A stretch of 64,000 nucleotides of DNA from Dehalococcoidia bacterium (lineage in GTDB: Bacteria > Chloroflexota > Dehalococcoidia > GIF9 > AB-539-J10): positions 2,491-66,490 of the forward strand of contig JAXGQG010000010.1 in NCBI GenBank assembly GCA_040766535.1, in the 5' to 3' direction. This document shows positions 28,008 to 36,801 of this stretch, one piece after another. Position 1 is the first letter of the stretch, and every line of letters starts with the position of its first letter. The translations under genes and the position numbers were made by a program. Under the pieces are notes generated by a model, which saw nothing but the letters and a program-made list of their open reading frames with translations, did not search any database and was not told the DNA's origin.

Positions 28008-28887
28008 ACGGGAAGCGCTTCAGCGCCTCCAGCATCGCATACATGCGCGCGTAGGCATCCGCTGCCCGGTGGTCGAGCTTCTCGAGTTCGCTGCCAAGAG
28101 CGGCAAACTCATCGATCATGGCTGTCCGGCTGCCCAGCTCCACAAGGCCCTTGAAGTGTGCAGCGCTCTCCTCCAACCGACGCGCTACATCCGCCGCATC
28201 GGGCAGACCAGCCAGAAGCGTTCCGTACAGCTCGCTGCCTTCACACAACATGCTCTCCGTCAAGGACACGAGTACTTCCAGAGACGTCCCGCTCACTTCT
28301 CGCGCCAGGGCGAAGTGTCCCGTCCCGAGCGCCGTACGGGCAACCAGCGCCACAACGAGGGCCGGCAGACCCAATACCACCGCCATCACCTCATCGTGGG
28401 TCTCAGGGTCCATCTGCACCACATGCGCACCGAATGGTTCCAGATACGCCTTCACCTTCGTGGCCAGCGCGGAGGCAGCTTCCCCGACCGGTGTCAGTAT
28501 GACGTTGTGCCCCCGCCAACCATCTGCTCCCGGCCCAAACATGGGATGCACGCCGAGAAAGCAGGCGTGAGGCATGTGTTCATCGGCGGCGCGCTGGGGC
28601 GCGGTCTTGACGGAACTGACGTCGATAACCGCCTGGTTTGGCTGAACGTGTGGGGCAAGATCGCGCAACACCGACTCCACCGCGTCCAGCGGTACGGAGA
28701 TCATCGCCAGGTCCGCCTCACAAACCTCCTGGTAGCCTCCGACCATCGCACCTGGCATCGTGCGAGCGATCCGTTCCAGAGCTTCGCGACGCCTGCCCAC
28801 AAGCACCAGTTCGTGACCCTGTCTATGCAGGAAAGCAGCAAACCAGCTCCCCATCTTGCCAGATGCACCGATGATCGCGATCTTCAT
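27988..28887 (-). CDS. tyrA: prephenate dehydrogenase
   Basis: MKIAIIGASGKMGSWFA Rossmann N-terminus with a PDH domain. The ATG at 28887 overlaps the pheA TGA (ATGA). Confidence 0.88.
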   Translation of the reverse strand: MKIAIIGASGKMGSWFAAFLHRQGHELVLVGRRREALERIARTMPGAMVGGYQEVCEADLAMISVPLDAVESVLRDLAPHVQPNQAVIDVSSVKTAPQRAADEHMPHACFLGVHPMFGPGADGWRGHNVILTPVGEAASALATKVKAYLEPFGAHVVQMDPETHDEVMAVVLGLPALVVALVARTALGTGHFALAREVSGTSLEVLVSLTESMLCEGSELYGTLLAGLPDAADVARRLEESAAHFKGLVELGSRTAMIDEFAALGSELEKLDHRAADAYARMYAMLEALKRFPSSRSAP

Positions 28888-29969
28888 AGCGTCTTCCACA
28901 CCGGCTTCGCTCTCGGATACGAGCCTAGAACGCGCAGGAAGAGGCAGTAATGCCGCACGCTCTCAAGCGCCTCAGCGAACTGCGGATCGAGGCTGTGTCC
29001 CTCAAAGTCCAGATAGAAGTTGTACTCCCATGGTTTCTGGCGGGTGGGCCGAGACTCGATCTTCGTGAGATTCACTCCCCTCTCGGCGAGCACCCGGAGC
29101 GCCGAATACAGTGCTCCAGGCTCGTGCCGCACCGAGAACACCACCGAGGTCTTATCCATGCCGCTCGGGGGCACATCGCGCCTCGAAAGCACGAAGAACC
29201 GCGTGTAGTTGTTCTTGCTGTCCTCGATGCCCGTGGCCACCACATGCATCCCATACAGTTCCGCGGCCCGCGCGCTCGCTACCGCAGCCACGTCCATCGC
29301 CCCTTGCTCGCTCACCATCTTCACACTCCCCGCCGTGTCATACGCCGGAATGAGTTCACAACCGAGGTGCGACAGAAACTCCCGGCACTGGCCAAGCGCC
29401 TGTGGGTGCGAGTAGACGCGCCGGACATCGCCGAGCGCTACTCCCGGCCGTGCTATCAGGCAGTGCACGACTCGAAGGGCGGTCTCACCACACACGCGAA
29501 CATGATGTTCCAGGAAGAGATCGTATACCCTGCTGATGCTGCCTTCGGATGAGTTCTCCACCGGGACAATGCCGAAGCTGGTGAGTTCATCCTCAACCGC
29601 GGCGAACACACCGTCGAAGCTCTCCACAGGACAGGTGGTAGCAGACCGGCCAAAGAACTCGAGCGCAGCCTGTTCGCTGAAGGCGCCAGGTTCGCCCTGG
29701 AAGGCCACGGTTGTATGTTGAACCGCCCTGGCAACTTCGATGATCCTCTCATACACTCGCTCAAGGTCGCGTTCATCCACGTCCTGCTCGACCCCCAGCG
29801 CCCGCACCTTGTCGAGTACCTTTCTCTCTCTCGCGACATCGAGCACCGGCAGTCCGGCGGCCTGCTTCGCCTCTCCGATCTCCCGGGCAATCTTCAACCG
29901 CTCAGCCAATAGGCGCACAAGCTCCCGGTCAGTCGCATCGATTCTTGCTCGCAGATCATCTATGGACAT
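28884..29969 (-). CDS. pheA: bifunctional chorismate mutase / prephenate dehydratase (P-protein) with ACT domain
   Basis: CM_2 N-terminus (LRARIDATDRELVRLLAERLKIAREIG), PDT domain (VAFQGEPGAFSE, YTRF), and C-terminal ACT (SRPTRQKPWEYNFYLDFEGH). ATG at 29969 is preceded by GAGGGTGA. Confidence 0.92.
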   Translation of the reverse strand: MSIDDLRARIDATDRELVRLLAERLKIAREIGEAKQAAGLPVLDVARERKVLDKVRALGVEQDVDERDLERVYERIIEVARAVQHTTVAFQGEPGAFSEQAALEFFGRSATTCPVESFDGVFAAVEDELTSFGIVPVENSSEGSISRVYDLFLEHHVRVCGETALRVVHCLIARPGVALGDVRRVYSHPQALGQCREFLSHLGCELIPAYDTAGSVKMVSEQGAMDVAAVASARAAELYGMHVVATGIEDSKNNYTRFFVLSRRDVPPSGMDKTSVVFSVRHEPGALYSALRVLAERGVNLTKIESRPTRQKPWEYNFYLDFEGHSLDPQFAEALESVRHYCLFLRVLGSYPRAKPVWKTL

Positions 29970-31057
29970 GTCATCACCCTCGGTATCAGCCCACTTTGCA
30001 GAACCAGGTCGCACAATGCCGCCGCGACCATCGCCTCAACCACCACCACCGCACGAGGCACGATGCACGCATCGTGACGGCCACTCACCGCCAGTTCAGT
30101 ATCAGTCCCCTTGTCGACGTCCACCGTTCGCTGCCTGATGGCGATGGACGGAGTGGGTTTGATCGCCACGCGCAGCACCAGCGGCATTCCGTTCGTCAAT
30201 CCTCCCAGTACTCCGCCCGAGTGATTCGTGAGCGTGACCACCTGGCCATCACGCACTGCAAAGGCATCGTTTGCCTCGGAGCCCTTCATACCCGTCAGTG
30301 CGAACCCATCGCCGAACTCGACTCCCTTAACAGCAGGTATCGAGAACGCAGCTCGCGCAATCTCGCTTTCCACGCTCGCGAACACCGGTTCCCCGATGCC
30401 CGGCGGCAACCCGCGTGCCACACACTCGATCACCCCTCCAACGCTGTCGCCCCGCTTCCTCGCAGCCTCGATCACCTCAACCATCCGTACGCCACTGGGC
30501 TCATCGCAGCAGGAAACCAGCGTGGCGCTGCGGCGTTCGCGTATCAGTTCGGGAGCACACGGGGGTGCAAGGACACCACCAATCGCCACTGTGTGGGCGT
30601 CAACTTCCGTGCCGATGTTGTGCAGTATGACCCGAGCGACGGCCCCAGCCATTACAAAGCCAGCGGTGATACGTCCCGAGAAGCGGCCGCCGCCACGCGG
30701 GTCGCCATAGTTCCCGTACTTGATGCGCGCAGGATAGTCAGCATGGCCGGGCCGCGGCGTACGCATGAAATCGGTGTACGCCGTGGCATCTGTATTCGTG
30801 TTCTCAACCATCAGGCAGATGGGAGCCCCGGTTGTCACGCCATCGCGGAGGCCGGCGAGGATACGAACCTCATCCGGCTCGCGTCTCGGGGTTGCGCCCG
30901 GCTGGCCGGCGGCGCTGCGCCGCGCAAGGTCCCGTTGCAGCTCAGCCACATCCAGCCGCAACCCCGCCGGGCATCCATCGATCACCACTCCCTCACACGG
31001 CCCGTGGCTCTCACCGAAGCTCGTGATCCGAAAGAGTGTCCCGAGAGTACTACTCAT
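29960..31057 (-). CDS. aroC: chorismate synthase
   Basis: MSSTLGTLFRITSFGESHGP, RPGHADY, GGGRFSGR. Confidence 0.95.
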   Translation of the reverse strand: MSSTLGTLFRITSFGESHGPCEGVVIDGCPAGLRLDVAELQRDLARRSAAGQPGATPRREPDEVRILAGLRDGVTTGAPICLMVENTNTDATAYTDFMRTPRPGHADYPARIKYGNYGDPRGGGRFSGRITAGFVMAGAVARVILHNIGTEVDAHTVAIGGVLAPPCAPELIRERRSATLVSCCDEPSGVRMVEVIEAARKRGDSVGGVIECVARGLPPGIGEPVFASVESEIARAAFSIPAVKGVEFGDGFALTGMKGSEANDAFAVRDGQVVTLTNHSGGVLGGLTNGMPLVLRVAIKPTPSIAIRQRTVDVDKGTDTELAVSGRHDACIVPRAVVVVEAMVAAALCDLVLQSGLIPRVMTCP

Positions 31058-32312
31058 GCAGCATCACCTCCACGCCAAGGCCGGCAAGCGTCTCCCAGAA
31101 CGCCGGGTATGTCTTCGTCACGCTTTCAGCCGCGTCAACCGTCACGTCACCAGTCACCGCTCCGAGGATGCCTAAGGCCATCGCGATGCGGTGATCTCCG
31201 GCGGATGATACTGCTCCACCGTGCAGCACACCTCCACATACTCGCATCCGGTCACTCTCTGCGTCCACCTCCACGCCGAGACAAGCGAGTCCTTCGGCCA
31301 TGGCGGCCACGCGATCCGACTCCTTATCACGGGCTCTGGCTATCCCGGTGAGCGTCGTTACTCCGTTTGCCGCGGCTCCAAGAGCACACGCCACAGGCAG
31401 CAGGTCGATGCAGCCAGAGACATCATAGTCAAACGGACAGAGCTTTGCTCGCGTAACCACCACTTCGCCCCCAGCAGCATTCACGGACGCCCCGGCCTTC
31501 TTCAATATGTCGAGTACCGCAACGTCGGCCTGCAGACTCTCAGCCGAAAGCTCCCGGACGCGAACCTCTCCAGCAAGCGCCCCCAGTGCCAGCACAGCGG
31601 CGGCGCCGGACCAGTCTCCTTCCACCGCAAAGCGCGTCGCGCGATAGCCACCCTCCGCCACATGGAACGTGCGGCCACAATCGAGCAGCGCAACCTCGGC
31701 GCCAAAACAGCGCATGCACTTCAGCGTCATCTCGACATACTGCTCCGAGACGATCGGCGAGGACAACTGTAGCGTCAAACCACCCGGCACGCGCGGCCCG
31801 CATAGAAGCAGCGCGGAGACAAACTGTGAACTGACGTCCCCCTGCAGCACGACATGGCCGCACGGGTGGTTCGCCCCGCGAACAGTGAGTATGCCGGAGC
31901 CGGCATCGAAGTCGCATTCGGCCCCCATCTGCCGTATACCCCGCAGCAATGGCTCCAAAGGTCGTCGCGCCAGCGACGGGGCACAACGCAGTACCGTCAC
32001 GCCGGGAACGGTCGCTGCGACCGCGGCAAGAAAGCGGAACGTGGCCGCCGATTCGCGGCACCACAGCGGGGATACCGCAGCGTGAAGGCCCTCACCTCGA
32101 ACGGTTACGCCACCGTTCACATCCTTGACGACAGCACCAAGCCCCGCAATCGATTCGAAGACAGCTGTGGCGTCGTCGGACTCGAGTGGCGCCTCAATCA
32201 GGCTTTCACCCCTCGCCAGTGCTGCACAGACTGCAGCGCGTATGGTGTAGCTCTTTGAACCTGGCACACGTACGGAGCCATGTACGACGCTCCGTGCGAC
32301 GGTGGCCCTCAC
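31050..32312 (-). CDS. aroA: 3-phosphoshikimate 1-carboxyvinyltransferase (EPSP synthase)
   Basis: 420 aa (VPGSKSYTIRA, DHRIAMA). Confidence 0.94.
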   Translation of the reverse strand: MRATVARSVVHGSVRVPGSKSYTIRAAVCAALARGESLIEAPLESDDATAVFESIAGLGAVVKDVNGGVTVRGEGLHAAVSPLWCRESAATFRFLAAVAATVPGVTVLRCAPSLARRPLEPLLRGIRQMGAECDFDAGSGILTVRGANHPCGHVVLQGDVSSQFVSALLLCGPRVPGGLTLQLSSPIVSEQYVEMTLKCMRCFGAEVALLDCGRTFHVAEGGYRATRFAVEGDWSGAAAVLALGALAGEVRVRELSAESLQADVAVLDILKKAGASVNAAGGEVVVTRAKLCPFDYDVSGCIDLLPVACALGAAANGVTTLTGIARARDKESDRVAAMAEGLACLGVEVDAESDRMRVCGGVLHGGAVSSAGDHRIAMALGILGAVTGDVTVDAAESVTKTYPAFWETLAGLGVEVMLHE

Positions 32313-32827
32313 AGCTGTCCCACTCGCTTCTGAATCTTGCGCACGATCTGTTCCACCAGGAGCCCATCCGTATCCACTATGATATCCGCCGCCGCCTCAT
32401 ACACCGGCCGGCGGCGCGCCATCAGTTCGGTCACCTGTTGCTCCCTGTCCGTTCCCTGCAACAACGGTCTGACGGCTGACTGTGGGCCAAGCCGTCGCAG
32501 TACTGTCTCCACCGACGCATCCAGGTACACCAGCACTGACGTCTCCTTCAGCGCGGTGACGTTCTCTGCACGCAGCACCACACCCCCCCCGCACGCAATC
32601 ACGGCACCGTGCGCCCGTGCCGCCTCCCTCACAGCCACAGCTTCAAGGTCTCGGAAGTGGGCCTCCCCGAAACGCGCGAAGATGTCAGCGATTGACATAC
32701 CCGCGTTGTGCTCAACAAGTGCATCGGTCTCGATATACGTCTTCCGCAGCCGCACAGATAGTGCCCGTCCCACGGTGGACTTGCCCGCCCCCATGAACCC
32801 CACCAGGGCGATGTTACTCCGTTTCAC
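32309..32827 (-). CDS. aroK: shikimate kinase
   Basis: NIALVGFMGAGKSTVG P-loop. GTG at 32827 is preceded by GGAGAG. The upstream part of the ORF overlaps aroE. Confidence 0.9.
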   Translation of the reverse strand: MKRSNIALVGFMGAGKSTVGRALSVRLRKTYIETDALVEHNAGMSIADIFARFGEAHFRDLEAVAVREAARAHGAVIACGGGVVLRAENVTALKETSVLVYLDASVETVLRRLGPQSAVRPLLQGTDREQQVTELMARRRPVYEAAADIIVDTDGLLVEQIVRKIQKRVGQL

Positions 32828-33677
32828 GATCCAACTCTCCGAGCACTGCGGCGCGCATGACGTCCACGGGCGCCTCGACGCCGGTCCAGAGCTCGAACGC
32901 AGCCGCGCCCTGGCGCACAAGCATTTCAACGCCGTCTACGGTGACGGCTCCGAGTGCGGCCGTGGTGCGCAGCAGCATCGTCTCGCGAGGGTTGTACACG
33001 GTATCACACACGGGCAGGTCACGACGCAGCACCTCACGGGGACATGGCATCTCCATCTCCATCGGGTGCATGCCAACGCTTGTCGTGTTCACGAGCAGTG
33101 CCGCATCGCTCAACCGGGAGACCATCACGTCCGAAGACAACAGACCATGCAGAACGTGCGCTCCCGAAGCCGTGGCGACGTCGCGCGCGAGAGAGGCAGC
33201 GCGCTCAACGTTGCGATTCAACACGGTGACTCGCGCACCCGCCCCTACCAGGGCAAAGACTACTGCCCTTGCTGCACCTCCCGCTCCAAGCACAACCACG
33301 TTCATTCCTCTGGCGTCGATGCCGTGCGACCGCAATCCGTGCAGAAAGCCCTGTGCGTCCGTGTTGTAGCCGCGCAAACAACCGGAGTCGTTCACCACGG
33401 TGTTCACTGCCCCGATTCGGGCGGCCTGCTCGTCGACCTCGTCGAGGCTACGCATTATGTCGATTTTGTGCGGTACGGTAACGTTCAGGCCGCGAATACC
33501 GAGTGCCCGCATGGCCTGAGCGCAGGATGCAGCCGTTCCTCGTGGAGCACGCCAGGCCACGTAGACGTAGTCAAGGACTGCCTTGTCAAATGCTGCGTTC
33601 TGCATGACCGGAGAGAGCGTGTGGGCAACAGGGTCTCCGATGATCCCGCATAGGCGTGTTGTACCGGTTATCCGCAT
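32814..33677 (-). CDS. aroE: shikimate 5-dehydrogenase
   Basis: GIIGDPVAHTLSPVMQNAAF, NVTVPHK, GYNTD, VLGAGGAARA. Confidence 0.94.
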   Translation of the reverse strand: MRITGTTRLCGIIGDPVAHTLSPVMQNAAFDKAVLDYVYVAWRAPRGTAASCAQAMRALGIRGLNVTVPHKIDIMRSLDEVDEQAARIGAVNTVVNDSGCLRGYNTDAQGFLHGLRSHGIDARGMNVVVLGAGGAARAVVFALVGAGARVTVLNRNVERAASLARDVATASGAHVLHGLLSSDVMVSRLSDAALLVNTTSVGMHPMEMEMPCPREVLRRDLPVCDTVYNPRETMLLRTTAALGAVTVDGVEMLVRQGAAAFELWTGVEAPVDVMRAAVLGELDRETE

Positions 33678-33678
33678 G

Positions 33679-34335
33679 TCACAACGATCCTATCGCCGCG
33701 TATATTGTGCGCAACGTGCCAACGGTCAACTGGCCCGGCGCCGACTCGTGGCCGTCGGAAAGCGACGCATAAGTGAACATGGCGCCAGCGAGAGGCGCCA
33801 GTACTCTGCTGGTCATGCCGAGGGGGCCCATGGCAAATGTGACGATGCCCTGTGACCTGAATCGATGCGCCAGGCTGACCACCGTAGCGGCATCTCGTGC
33901 ATCGCGCGCCATCGTGACAACCTTGCAGATGTCCGCGCCAAGACCGCGCTGCAGTTGCACCACCTGTGCCAGGGACTCTTCATCCCCGGTCCCAACGAAA
34001 TCATGGTGTGACACGATGACGCGCAGCCTGCCATTGAGTCGTCTCATGAACGACACGGAGTCGGGAGCGCACATCTCGATATCCACCATCGCCGCGCCCA
34101 GATCCACCGCGTGATGAAGCACCGCGAGCCGCTCATCTTCGCTGCCAGTCCACGCCCCTCCCTGGGAAGGCAGCCGGTTACAGGCTATCCAGGGACGGGA
34201 CAGCCCCCCAACGACCTGTGGCCAGTGCTCACCGATAAGGTCGATGCGCACCTCGTACAGCGAAACGTGGTCGCGAACGGCTTGCGCAAGGGCGACATCG
34301 CCGGCGGACGTGATGCAGGCACAGATGTCAGGCAA
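33679..34335 (-). CDS. aroD: 3-dehydroquinate dehydratase, type I
   Basis: 218 aa type I DHQase-like sequence (YEVRIDL, SHHDF, ICKVVTMA), positioned between aroB and aroE. Confidence 0.85.
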   Translation of the reverse strand: MPDICACITSAGDVALAQAVRDHVSLYEVRIDLIGEHWPQVVGGLSRPWIACNRLPSQGGAWTGSEDERLAVLHHAVDLGAAMVDIEMCAPDSVSFMRRLNGRLRVIVSHHDFVGTGDEESLAQVVQLQRGLGADICKVVTMARDARDAATVVSLAHRFRSQGIVTFAMGPLGMTSRVLAPLAGAMFTYASLSDGHESAPGQLTVGTLRTIYAAIGSL

Positions 34336-35419
34336 CGGCGTATGACCTCATCACCGCTTCTCTCACCAGGTCCATGGGCACGTTGCTGTGGATGGCAGCG
34401 TCTCCGATGCGGCTCAGCAGTGCGAAACGCAGACGGCCTTTCAATACCTTCTTGTCGCGAGTCATGGCGGCGAGGACATCCTCCGCGTTGATGCAATCTG
34501 GAACCGCAACCGGCAATCCCGCCTCTATCAGCAGGCGCCGCTGCCGCTCCATCTCGCTGGCAGGCGCAACGCCCAGACTGGAAGCGATGAAGCCGGCAGC
34601 CACCATCCCGATCGCAACGCATTCGCCATGGCACAAGGAGAAGCCGGACGCCGACTCAACGCCATGGCCAACAGTATGACCGTAGTTCAGTATGTTCCGA
34701 AGGCCCGTGTCCTTCTCATCCTCTTCAACGACCGCGGCCTTGATACGGGCCGTCACCGACACGATGTGCTCCAACGCATCGGCATCTCTCCCCAGCACCC
34801 GGCCGATATCCTGTTCCAGGTAGCAGAAGAACCCCTCGTCACGGATGGCCGCGCTCTTGATGACTTCGGCAAGTCCATTCCGGAACTCCCGTTCGGGCAG
34901 AAACGCCAGGCATGACGTGTCTGCGATGATAGCGGCCGGCTGGTGAAAAGCGCCGATGTTGTTCTTGAGCCGCCCGTGGTTCACCGCCACCTTGCCCCCG
35001 ATACTGCTATCCACCTGCGCCAGAAGCGTCGTCGGCACATGCACCAGCGGCAAACCGCGGAAGTATGTGGCCGCCACAAATCCCGTGAGGTCGCCGACAA
35101 CGCCTCCGCCCACGGCCAGTAGCGGAGTTGCCCGCTCTGCGCCAAGCTCGTTGAGCCGCCCGTACATCATGGCGGCCGTGTCAAGTGACTTCTGCTCCTC
35201 GCCCGGAGGTATGACCACGAAGTGAGGGGTGAATCCGGACGCCACCAGGGATCGCTCGACCGCATCACCGAACAGCCCGGCTACGTTCTCGTCGGTCACC
35301 ACGACGGCGGTGCCGGAGAAGCCGAGCCGACTCAGTTCCTCGCCGATGAGCCTGAGGGCGCCCGCCCCCACGCTCATACGGTAGAGGTTGCCTGAGCACC
35401 ATACATGAGAAGTTCTCAT
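34328..35419 (-). CDS. aroB: 3-dehydroquinate synthase
   Basis: GGGVVGDLTGFVAATYFRGL, VPTTLLAQVDSSIGGK, NYGHTVGH. Confidence 0.94.
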   Translation of the reverse strand: MRTSHVWCSGNLYRMSVGAGALRLIGEELSRLGFSGTAVVVTDENVAGLFGDAVERSLVASGFTPHFVVIPPGEEQKSLDTAAMMYGRLNELGAERATPLLAVGGGVVGDLTGFVAATYFRGLPLVHVPTTLLAQVDSSIGGKVAVNHGRLKNNIGAFHQPAAIIADTSCLAFLPEREFRNGLAEVIKSAAIRDEGFFCYLEQDIGRVLGRDADALEHIVSVTARIKAAVVEEDEKDTGLRNILNYGHTVGHGVESASGFSLCHGECVAIGMVAAGFIASSLGVAPASEMERQRRLLIEAGLPVAVPDCINAEDVLAAMTRDKKVLKGRLRFALLSRIGDAAIHSNVPMDLVREAVMRSYAVA

Positions 35420-35421
35420 CG

Positions 35422-36477
35422 TCAGTTCTTCTTGACCAGGTCACGAAGTCGACGGCAGGCATCGATGATCTCTTTGAGTTCGTCGGGCGTCACCATCTGT
35501 GGTCCGTCGACGAGGGCCTCGGAGGGATCGTAGTGGGCTTCGATCATGAGGCCATCGGCGCCGGCCGCCACCGCCGCGCAGCTCATCGAGAATATCAGGT
35601 CGCGCCTTCCCGTGCCATGGCTGGGATCAACAATGACCGGCAGATACGTCTCGTTATGGATTACGGGCACGGCGGCGAGATCAAGCGTGTACCGGGTGAA
35701 GCTCTTTCCCTTGCCCATCGGCACAATCCCGCGCTCACACAGGATGATGTCCTTGTTTCCCTCTGCGGCGATGTACTCACTGAAGGAGAGCAACTCCTCG
35801 ATGCTGGCGCCGAAATGGCGCTTGAGCAGCACCGGCTTATGCTGCCGGGCCACCGCGACCAGCAGATCCTGGTCATACATGTTCCGGGCGCCGATGTGCA
35901 TGATGTCCACGTACTTCGCGACCAGTTCCACCATGGATTCGCCACGAACCTCGGTGACCACCGGCATATCGAAGGCATCGCCGGCTTCTCTCATCCAGTG
36001 GAGCGCCTCCTCAGCCTCCTCCACCCCCGATGCCCCCAAGCCCTGGAAGGCGTGGACCGAGCTTCTGGGCTTGAAGACACCTCCACGGAGTACGTGGGCG
36101 CCTGCCTTCTTCACCTCCTCCGCAATGCGCATGAGTTGTTTGCGGCTCTCCACTGCACAGGGACCGGCGATAATGACCGGCTCGCCGTTCCCAAGGCGGA
36201 CGTTTCCGATCTTGACCGTCTTGTGGGCGCCCGGCTCACCGAAGAACCGCGCGTAGTCGCGACTGATGAGCTTGTACGGCGCCTCAACCATATTTGCCTC
36301 TTTGACCCCGGGCAACGTGGCAATACGATCGAAGGCGAGCTTGCGTTCGTCGCCAACAGGCCCGATAACGGTAATGTACTCACCTCTCGAGATATCGGCG
36401 CGCAACCCGCTCGCCTCGATCTCGGCCACCACCCTCCGGATGTCCTCCTCAGTCGCGTCCGTCTTCATGATGATCAT
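35422..36477 (-). CDS. aroF: DAHP synthase, type I-beta with N-terminal ferredoxin-like/ACT-type regulatory domain
   Basis: About 75-aa N-terminal domain (TEEDIRRVVAEIEASGLRADISRGEYITVIG), then a KDSA/AroG-I-beta barrel (IIAGPCAVES, GADGLMIEAH). Confidence 0.92.
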   Translation of the reverse strand: MIIMKTDATEEDIRRVVAEIEASGLRADISRGEYITVIGPVGDERKLAFDRIATLPGVKEANMVEAPYKLISRDYARFFGEPGAHKTVKIGNVRLGNGEPVIIAGPCAVESRKQLMRIAEEVKKAGAHVLRGGVFKPRSSVHAFQGLGASGVEEAEEALHWMREAGDAFDMPVVTEVRGESMVELVAKYVDIMHIGARNMYDQDLLVAVARQHKPVLLKRHFGASIEELLSFSEYIAAEGNKDIILCERGIVPMGKGKSFTRYTLDLAAVPVIHNETYLPVIVDPSHGTGRRDLIFSMSCAAVAAGADGLMIEAHYDPSEALVDGPQMVTPDELKEIIDACRRLRDLVKKN

Positions 36478-36536
36478 GGTGTCTCCTTCTCTCTCGCTCG
36501 CTGCCTCGTTGTACTTTCTCTGGCCGCAGTCATCAC

Positions 36537-36572
36537 AAAAAGAAAGGACCCTCCCACCGGGAGGGTCCTTTC
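36537..36572 (-). terminator. intrinsic terminator (attenuator) in the aro operon leader
   Basis: Minus strand: GAAAGGACCCTCCC ggt GGGAGGGTCCTTTC followed by TTTTT. It lies between the leader ORF stop (36595) and the DAHP synthase ATG (36477). Confidence 0.8.
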
Positions 36573-36594
36573 TTCTTTGGCGCTTACTGTTGAA

Positions 36595-36675
36595 CTACAC
36601 GACGTGACCGCTCCCGGGCGTAACGCAGGGATAAAAGTAATACCAATACGCGCCGAACGACCGGAAGCTACTCAT
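36595..36675 (-). CDS. aro operon leader peptide MSSFRSFGAYWYYFYPCVTPGSGHVV (26 codons)
   Basis: ATG AGT AGC TTC CGG TCG TTC GGC GCG TAT TGG TAT TAC TTT TAT CCC TGC GTT ACG CCC GGG AGC GGT CAC GTC GTG TAG. Eight of 26 codons are Phe/Tyr/Trp, six of them consecutive. It sits between the promoter and the terminator. No strong SD. Confidence 0.65.
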   Translation of the reverse strand: MSSFRSFGAYWYYFYPCVTPGSGHVV

Positions 36676-36704
36676 ATCAACACATGTACGTCGAGATGAA
36701 GGCG

Positions 36705-36734
36705 ATTGTAGGGACATGCGAATGCAGTTGTCAA
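36705..36734 (-). promoter_or_regulatory. sigma-70-type promoter of the aro operon
   Basis: Minus strand: TTGACA (36734..36729), 18-nt spacer, TACAAT (36710..36705). Confidence 0.75.
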
Positions 36735-36801
36735 GTTGCGCTGCTCCATTGCGGCGAGACACGTTCCTTGACGCACTCGTGCCAATGGCATAGGCTATTC
36801 A

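Noticed and set aside
36478-36700. T-box riboswitch as an alternative explanation for the aro leader.
   Set aside because: There is no T-box consensus (…GGGUGGNACCGCG…), no Stem I specifier architecture, and the leader is only about 220 nt. The aromatic-codon ORF plus terminator explains it better.
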